From Nostoc sp. PCC 7120 = FACHB-418 (GTDB lineage: Bacteria; Cyanobacteriota; Cyanobacteriia; Cyanobacteriales; Nostocaceae): a stretch of 32,000 bases of DNA. The position numbers were made by a program, and so were the translations under genes. The notes beneath the pieces were generated by a model. The model did not search any database. It saw only the letters and a program-made list of their open reading frames with translations, and was not told where the DNA came from. The stretch covers positions 4,350,001 to 4,382,000 of the forward strand of contig NC_003272.1 of NCBI RefSeq assembly GCF_000009705.1, read 5' to 3'. Of the stretch, positions 27,295 through 32,000 are shown piece by piece (the first letter of the stretch is position 1; every line of letters starts with the position of its first letter).

Positions 27295-28410
27295 ATGGCA
27301 AGCCTATCGATACTAGACATCGAAGAACTATCAGAAGGTTGTGATGTTGAAGCTAAACAATCATCTGGTTGAGACGGACAAGGTGAATTACCTAAAAGTT
27401 TCTTCGATTCATATTCTGCGATGGCTAACACCTACGGGGGTGTAATTTTTTTGGGAATTGAAGAAAAGCCCAAAGGAAGATTCAGTGTTACAGGTATTGC
27501 TGTTCCAGAACGTGTCCTCAAAGCTCTTTGGGATGGGCTTAATAATCGCCAACGGATAAGTATAAATTTGCTTACCGATAAAATGGTGGAAGTTATTGAG
27601 ATACAAGGCAAGCAAGTAATCCGCATCCAAGTACCGCGAGCGCGGCGAGCGCAACGACCTGTTTATGTAGGACAGAATCCGTTAACAGGCACTTATCGTA
27701 GAAATTATGAAGGTGACTACCTATGCGACGAAGAAACTATTAAGCGTATGCTTGCAGAGCAAGTAGAGGAAGTACGAGATGCTCGGTTACTCGAAAATTA
27801 CGGTTTTGATGATATCGAGCCAAATACACTAAAAGCATATCGAAATCAATATGATTTAACAAAAGCTTTGTCCGCTCTTGTTAGAGATGGCTTCCTTGAA
27901 TCTGGAGGTATTGCACGCGGAACTTTCTATTTTTTTCCAGGAGAGCCTCCTAATGCAGAAGCTGACTTGGTAGCTCAAAACTATAAGTTTGTAGAAAAAA
28001 GCAGTCCTGAAGATTTATTGTTAGGAATTATACCAAAAGAAATTTTTGATGATTTGAAGCCAAGCTCCGATGATTTAAAGCCAAGCTCTGATGATTTAGA
28101 GCCAAGCTCCGATGATTTAGAGCCAAGCTCCGATGATTGGCAATCGCTAATGGCGATCGCTGTAACTATCAGAAATAAGGGCAAGGTATCAACGGATATT
28201 ATGGAAGCAACAATTCTCAGACTTTGCCAGGGAAGGTTTTTGAACCATAAACAACTTCAAGAATTGTTAGATCGTTCTTACAATACCTTAAGGCTCGGCT
28301 ACCTGAGCAAGATGCACAAGAAAGGTCAACTGGAGTTGCGATATCCTGACAAACTTACTCACCCCAATCAGGGATATCGTACCAAAAATTCAAGCAGTAG
28401 TGATTTTTAA
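27295..28410 (+). pseudogene. AlbA_2 (Schlafen/divergent AAA_4-type) DNA-binding protein gene with an in-frame TGA
   Basis: The ATG at 27295 opens MASLSILDIEELSEGCDVEAKQSSG. A TGA at 27370-27372 follows, and the same frame continues DGQGELPKSFFDSYSAMANTYGGVIFLGIEE..., the typical AlbA_2 N-terminal signature. The track ORF restarts at Met 27421. The C-terminus carries a winged-helix-like tail (YPDKLTHPNQGYRTK). Confidence 0.7.
28048..28138 (+). repeat. 21-bp in-frame tandem repeat x4.3 (DDLKPSS/DDLEPSS)
   Basis: The unit gatgattt(g/a)(a/g)agccaagctc(c/t) starts at 28048, 28069, 28090 and 28111, with a partial fifth copy. Confidence 0.9.
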
Positions 28411-28413
28411 GAC

Positions 28414-28920
28414 TCAGGTAATTTTTTGATACTTAGTCATTTCTGCAAAAGGTGTTCGACACCTATGACAACACTTATCCTCCCACAGCGCAGGTATTTT
28501 GAAAGGTGCTTCACAATTTGGACACTTCGCTAAAATCTTGAGTTCGTGGCGATCGCATTTCCATACTGATTTATACTGCCACTCAATTCGGTGACAAGGT
28601 GCTTCAGCATAACAAGCTCCACACAGGCGTATTGGCTCATGCTGCATACCAACTCCCAAAGGTGGCAGCATTTGAGCTAACCTGTCTGCATCTACTTCTA
28701 CTAGAGATGCGATCGCTTCTAATTCTTTTTGGCTAGGACGAGGATTAAAGTGAAATCGCTCCCACCTTGCAACTACTGCACCAATTCCTGCCAATTTACC
28801 CAACCCACTAGCAGATAAATGGTTAGCACGTCTAAATCGACCTAGAAAATGGCTCAAGCTTTCCCCTTCATAAGGTTGGATAATAAAAAGCCAAGGCTTA
28901 ACATCTGGTGCTGCCATCAC
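28414..28920 (-). CDS. tniQ: TniQ (short V-K type target-selector adaptor)
   Basis: 168 aa with PDVKPWLFIIQPYEGESLSHFLGRFRRANHLS and Cys-rich zinc-ribbon motifs (CGACY...CPNC...CHRC). It is near-colinear with ShTniQ as recalled. It overlaps the tnsC stop by 4 bp. Confidence 0.9.
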   Translation of the reverse strand: MMAAPDVKPWLFIIQPYEGESLSHFLGRFRRANHLSASGLGKLAGIGAVVARWERFHFNPRPSQKELEAIASLVEVDADRLAQMLPPLGVGMQHEPIRLCGACYAEAPCHRIEWQYKSVWKCDRHELKILAKCPNCEAPFKIPALWEDKCCHRCRTPFAEMTKYQKIT

Positions 28921-29747
28921 TTATACTCCTGCGCCACTTCCTGTAAAACAGGCTTGTCAATTTTCTTTAATCCCCTTGATAGAGAACGAATTGCTGCTTC
29001 CCTGAGAATTTCATCTAACCGACCAATGTAACCTTCTGTTGCCGAAGTTAAAATCCGCAGCATATCCTTGCTAATGAGATTAGAAGGCAATGGTAACTTT
29101 AAAATCTTATCCTCCCAGGCTTGTACAGTATCCTGGAAATCTTTCCCTGACAACTTTCCAAAACGATGACAAGCCCGAAAGCGGTTATAAACTTGTTCAT
29201 CTCGCTTAATTACTGCTTCTAATCGATCAGTTCCTACTAAAACAACAGCAATGCCCAACTTGTCATAAATATCACGCACCTCTGCAAAAGTCTCAGGCTT
29301 GAGGCGGTCAGCTTCATCAACAATAATCATTTCTACGCCACAGCCTTTTAAAACCTCCATTGTTCTGCCACGAAAATCTGATACTGTTCCCTTAGTTGCT
29401 TTAAATTTTAGATACTCAATAATTTCTTGAAACAAATCCTTAGCACCGCATTTTTGGGGTGGCTGAATATAAACCACAGGGACAATTGGTGGTCGTCCCA
29501 CCTCCGCCTGTACTTTTTGTCTGTATCTGTACGCATCACAAGCAACTGTTTTCCCCGTGCGTGATTCTCCAACTACTCGGCAAAATTGTCGTGCTTTACG
29601 TTTTCCATCCAACCAATCATGCAAAGACCTCACTTGCTGTAATGGAACAATACTCTTACCCTTGAGACGAGCAATTTCAGCTTGCAACCATTCTTCATCC
29701 GGTTTCACCCCACCTAACTGTTGAGCGATCGCTTTGGCATCTGTCAT
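28917..29747 (-). CDS. tnsC: TnsC AAA+ ATPase
   Basis: 276 aa with Walker A (GESRTGKT) and Walker B (IIVDEADRL). It is colinear with ShTnsC as recalled. Confidence 0.9.
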   Translation of the reverse strand: MTDAKAIAQQLGGVKPDEEWLQAEIARLKGKSIVPLQQVRSLHDWLDGKRKARQFCRVVGESRTGKTVACDAYRYRQKVQAEVGRPPIVPVVYIQPPQKCGAKDLFQEIIEYLKFKATKGTVSDFRGRTMEVLKGCGVEMIIVDEADRLKPETFAEVRDIYDKLGIAVVLVGTDRLEAVIKRDEQVYNRFRACHRFGKLSGKDFQDTVQAWEDKILKLPLPSNLISKDMLRILTSATEGYIGRLDEILREAAIRSLSRGLKKIDKPVLQEVAQEYK

Positions 29748-29750
29748 TGT

Positions 29751-31364
29751 TTAAAATCCGTATTCTTCACGCAGTTGTTCATAGTCCCAAACCTCTAGTT
29801 CTGAGGATGAAGATTGAACCTCAGTAGTAGATTCCACTTCTTCTGCTTCCATAACAGAAGATGCTAGGGACTCAGTTTTACTTTCATTCACCGCAGCAGA
29901 ACGCAAAATTGCCTGCTCTAATTTTTGACGTTCCTTGCGACTTTTCTTGTTTGCTACCATCGCGTCACGCTCAAGGACTTCTTGCAATAAGGCTTGGTTA
30001 CTGACAGTCTTTCCTGCATTACGCAGTCTACGACTAGCTGCTTCAGCTTCATCTAATGAAAGTTGCTCAGTCTCCAAACCTTGAGCATGAGTGCGAGTCA
30101 GAAAAACTTCTTGGCTTTTCTCTTGGCGATAAACCAGCACCGTTGTAATATCTCTGGGGTCATATCTTAAATTAACTGTCTCCCCTGCATATCCTGCTAG
30201 ATACTCCCCTCGATACATCACATTTTGAAACTGTAAGCATCCGCCTCTTTGTACTGTGCGCCGTGACTGTTTCATCAAGCAGATATCTAAATCACGTTCT
30301 TCGATTGGCACTGGTACTGAAGGCAATCCCGCTTCCCAACGCCCAAAGCGGGTTTGATCGCCCATTCGCGCATCAATACTTTGGTTATAGCGGTCAACAA
30401 TGTAGCGAACGAGTAATTGTTCTAGTTCCCGCAAGGTTAGTTTTGCATCCTTCTCTGCATCTTCAAGGCGTTCCTGTACATTAGATCCGGTATAACCTGG
30501 AAGTGTTGAAAATAGTTGGTCATTCAGTGTCTTAAAAGGACGCTCAACAATACCACCTTCACTGGGGCGATCGCGTAAATGACAAACAAACCCCAATTGC
30601 GCCCCGATTTGACTTAAATGGTTTGAACGAAAATCTTTACCCCCATCAGTATAAAAATGTTCTGGCTTACCGTAAGTTCCCCATTCGCAGTGCAGTTTGT
30701 ACTCTGCACCATATTTTTTCGGCAAAATCGCATGGCGTAATGCTAAAGCTACTACAACTGAACTAGGCGCATCAAAGCCCAAATTAATACCCATGATGCA
30801 ACGAGAATAAGTATCAATTACAGTTGTCAGCCAGGGACGACTTAAAAGTTCACCATGCTGATCTACCAGCAGTACATCTACACGAGTATGGTCACATTGC
30901 CAAACATGGTTGCTGTAATCGACTGATAAATCTTGTCCCTCACGAGTTTTAACGGAAAGTGTTGTCCCCCTCCAACCAGGGCTGCGGATACTCTTAGTTT
31001 TTTCTTTTTGTTCCAAGATTGGAGCTAATACCCTTAAAACTGTCCTGTAATTAGGAGGCTTGGAATCGCCTAGTTCACGCGCTTTAGCTTGAACCCTCAA
31101 GGCAACTTGTTTGGGTGTCATGCGTTTACTACCCTTATTACCTTCCTTGTAAGTTTTGATGATGAAGTTTTCCCAAAACTCACCAATTCGATGTTTTCCT
31201 TTATCCGCCCTACCTGTCTGAATGAATCCAACTAAGCCATCCTCTTCCCATTTTTTCACCAAACGCTGCACCGTTCGCACTGTCACACCCAGTGTGTCCG
31301 CAGCCTCCTTCAACTTCTGCCCATAAGTTGTGCGATCGCAAGGCTCAAGTAAAGTTTGGATCAC
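29751..31364 (-). CDS. tnsB: TnsB DDE transposase (Mu/Tn7 type); its conserved N-terminal ~42 codons are in another frame upstream
   Basis: HTH (TVRTVQRLVKKWEEDGL) and DDE core (WQCDHT...YTDGGKDF...PSEGGIVER), colinear with ShTnsB as recalled. The track start is a GTG. Homologous sequence (VTELSEEAQLKLEV) continues upstream, and an ATG at 31498 is out of frame because of an 8-bp duplication. Confidence 0.9.
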   Translation of the reverse strand: MIQTLLEPCDRTTYGQKLKEAADTLGVTVRTVQRLVKKWEEDGLVGFIQTGRADKGKHRIGEFWENFIIKTYKEGNKGSKRMTPKQVALRVQAKARELGDSKPPNYRTVLRVLAPILEQKEKTKSIRSPGWRGTTLSVKTREGQDLSVDYSNHVWQCDHTRVDVLLVDQHGELLSRPWLTTVIDTYSRCIMGINLGFDAPSSVVVALALRHAILPKKYGAEYKLHCEWGTYGKPEHFYTDGGKDFRSNHLSQIGAQLGFVCHLRDRPSEGGIVERPFKTLNDQLFSTLPGYTGSNVQERLEDAEKDAKLTLRELEQLLVRYIVDRYNQSIDARMGDQTRFGRWEAGLPSVPVPIEERDLDICLMKQSRRTVQRGGCLQFQNVMYRGEYLAGYAGETVNLRYDPRDITTVLVYRQEKSQEVFLTRTHAQGLETEQLSLDEAEAASRRLRNAGKTVSNQALLQEVLERDAMVANKKSRKERQKLEQAILRSAAVNESKTESLASSVMEAEEVESTTEVQSSSSELEVWDYEQLREEYGF

Positions 31365-31533
31365 CTCTAGCTTGAGTTGGGCTTCCTCTGAGAGTTCTGT
31401 AACAATCAGATTCGTCTCAGGAGGTGAGGAGGTGTGTTGTTGTCTTGTAATAAAGCTTCCGCAGTATCCACTGCGGTATGAACAGTAAAATCAGACATAA
31501 GATTTTTTGTTCATGAAACAAAGGTAATTTATA

Positions 31534-31548
31534 AATACATAATGTTAT
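31534..31548. promoter_or_regulatory. Second candidate CvkR operator, upstream of tnsB
   Basis: AATACATAATGTTAT fits AnnACATnATGTnnT and is 13/15 identical to the box at 14965-14979. It lies 36 bp upstream of the tnsB ATG at 31498. Confidence 0.6.
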
Positions 31549-31565
31549 TCTAAACGTGGAGAAAA

Positions 31566-31776
31566 CGACAGTCAATTTGTCATTATGAAAATATACAAAA
31601 CCTTTTTTGTAATTACTGAAGCGACAGTTAATTTGTCATTTTTGCGGAAAACGACATTTATTTAGTCACGTATGAGAAATAATGTAATAACTCTTAAATA
31701 GCTAAAACCTTTGTATTGCAAGGATTCATTCGACGACATTAATTTGTCACGACGACAAACAATTAGTCACTGTACA
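31566..31776. repeat. CAST end proximal to tnsB (I believe RE in ShCAST nomenclature) with five TnsB-type repeats
   Basis: ~18-bp repeats: CGACAGTCAATTTGTCAT at 31566-31583, CGACAGTTAATTTGTCAT at 31622-31639, CGACATTTATTTAGTCAC at 31652-31669, CGACATTAATTTGTCAC at 31734-31750 and CGACAAACAATTAGTCAC at 31753-31770. The terminal TGTACA is at 31771-31776. Confidence 0.85.
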
Positions 31777-31848
31777 TCTTGTGTACAGTGACAAATAATT
31801 AGTCACTGTACATCTTGTGTACAGTGACAAATAATTAGTCACTGTACA
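31777..31848. repeat. Two tandem 36-bp units, each TCTTG plus a 31-bp palindromic end-to-end mini-element
   Basis: TCTTG (31777-31781) is followed by TGTACAGTGACAAATAATTAGTCACTGTACA (31782-31812). TCTTG (31813-31817) is followed by an identical 31-mer (31818-31848). Each 31-mer joins the first 15 nt of one CAST terminus to the last 16 nt of the other. Confidence 0.9.
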
Positions 31849-32000
31849 TCAAAGTTGAATAAACCAAGCGCACAAAGAGGCAACTTGGTCAGGCTGAGTG
31901 AGGTTTGCTGCATTAGTAAGAATGCCAGAATTTAGTTGATGCCAAATTTCTTCTGCCATGCTTTTTTCTATAGCAGATCCCACAAAAAAAGTATATGGCT

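Larger units (their letters stand above)
11015..31776 (-). mobile_element. Type V-K CRISPR-associated Tn7-like transposon (CAST), about 20.8 kb including two nested IS elements
   Basis: Inverted termini are TGTACAGTGACAAATTA[IS]TTTGTCGTCG at 11015 onward and CGACGACAAACAATTAGTCACTGTACA ending at 31776. The flanking 5-bp direct repeat TCTTG is at 11010-11014 and 31777-31781. Inside are tnsB-tnsC-tniQ, cas12k, a tracrRNA locus, a CRISPR array and a MerR regulator. Confidence 0.9.

Noticed and set aside
28048-28138. Possible second CRISPR-like array, given the regular 21-bp periodicity
   Set aside because: The units are contiguous with no spacers, lie in frame inside an ORF, and encode a DDL[KE]PSS peptide repeat.
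31419-31434. AGGAGGTGAGGAGGTG as a double Shine-Dalgarno for a plus-strand gene
   Set aside because: No plausible plus-strand ORF follows, since stops come within about 15 codons. The sequence is better explained as an 8-bp duplication within the minus-strand tnsB 5' region.
31849-31959. 37-aa minus-strand ORF ([12 protein letters not shown]...) whose TGA stop abuts the outermost TGTACA
   Set aside because: It is too short, has an in-frame stop just upstream and belongs to no recognisable family. I cannot tell whether it is a real small gene or flank noise.

Overview
This is a cyanobacterial chromosome segment that looks Nostocales-like: HIP1 GCGATCGC palindromes occur throughout (e.g. 3067-3074) and there are STRR-type heptamer/octamer repeats. 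Positions 1-10.9 kb are ordinary chromosome: the 5' part of sasA, a secreted hypothetical, an acyl-ACP/acyl-CoA synthetase, PDH E2, a TPR protein, a beta-helix/SLH envelope protein and a small membrane protein, ending in tRNA-Thr(CGU) at 10902-10973.

Positions 11015-31776 are a ~20.8 kb type V-K CRISPR-associated Tn7-like transposon (CAST).
- One end carries tnsB, tnsC and tniQ (minus strand, 28414-31364).
- The other end carries cas12k (13025-14944), a tracrRNA locus, a 5-repeat CRISPR array (12255-12577) and a divergent MerR-type repressor gene (cvkR-like).
- The termini are inverted TGTACAGTGAC... ends with multiple internal TnsB-type repeats, flanked by a 5-bp TCTTG target duplication.
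- A delocalized, truncated-repeat crRNA (12166-12222) has a spacer matching 19/20 nt of the tRNA-Thr 3' end next to a GGTT PAM. The transposon end starts 60 bp from that PAM, which is RNA-guided homing geometry.

The ~13 kb cargo is a defence island: a DUF262/DUF1524 (GmrSD-like) enzyme, two paralogous small HTH genes, and a type I R-M operon (hsdR, hsdM, hsdS). The operon also contains an uncharacterised 4-TM protein and a VapBC-like TA pair. The cargo also holds an AlbA_2-type gene with an internal stop.

The element looks decayed or immobilised.
- An IS5-family IS sits inside the terminal TnsB site of the tRNA-proximal end.
- An 8-bp tandem duplication frameshifts the tnsB 5' end.
- An IS982-like IS splits hsdS.

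Two 31-bp end-to-end mini-palindromes, each preceded by TCTTG, lie just outside the tnsB-proximal end. Gene calls and family assignments rest on reading the translations and on recalled family motifs; no database search was run.
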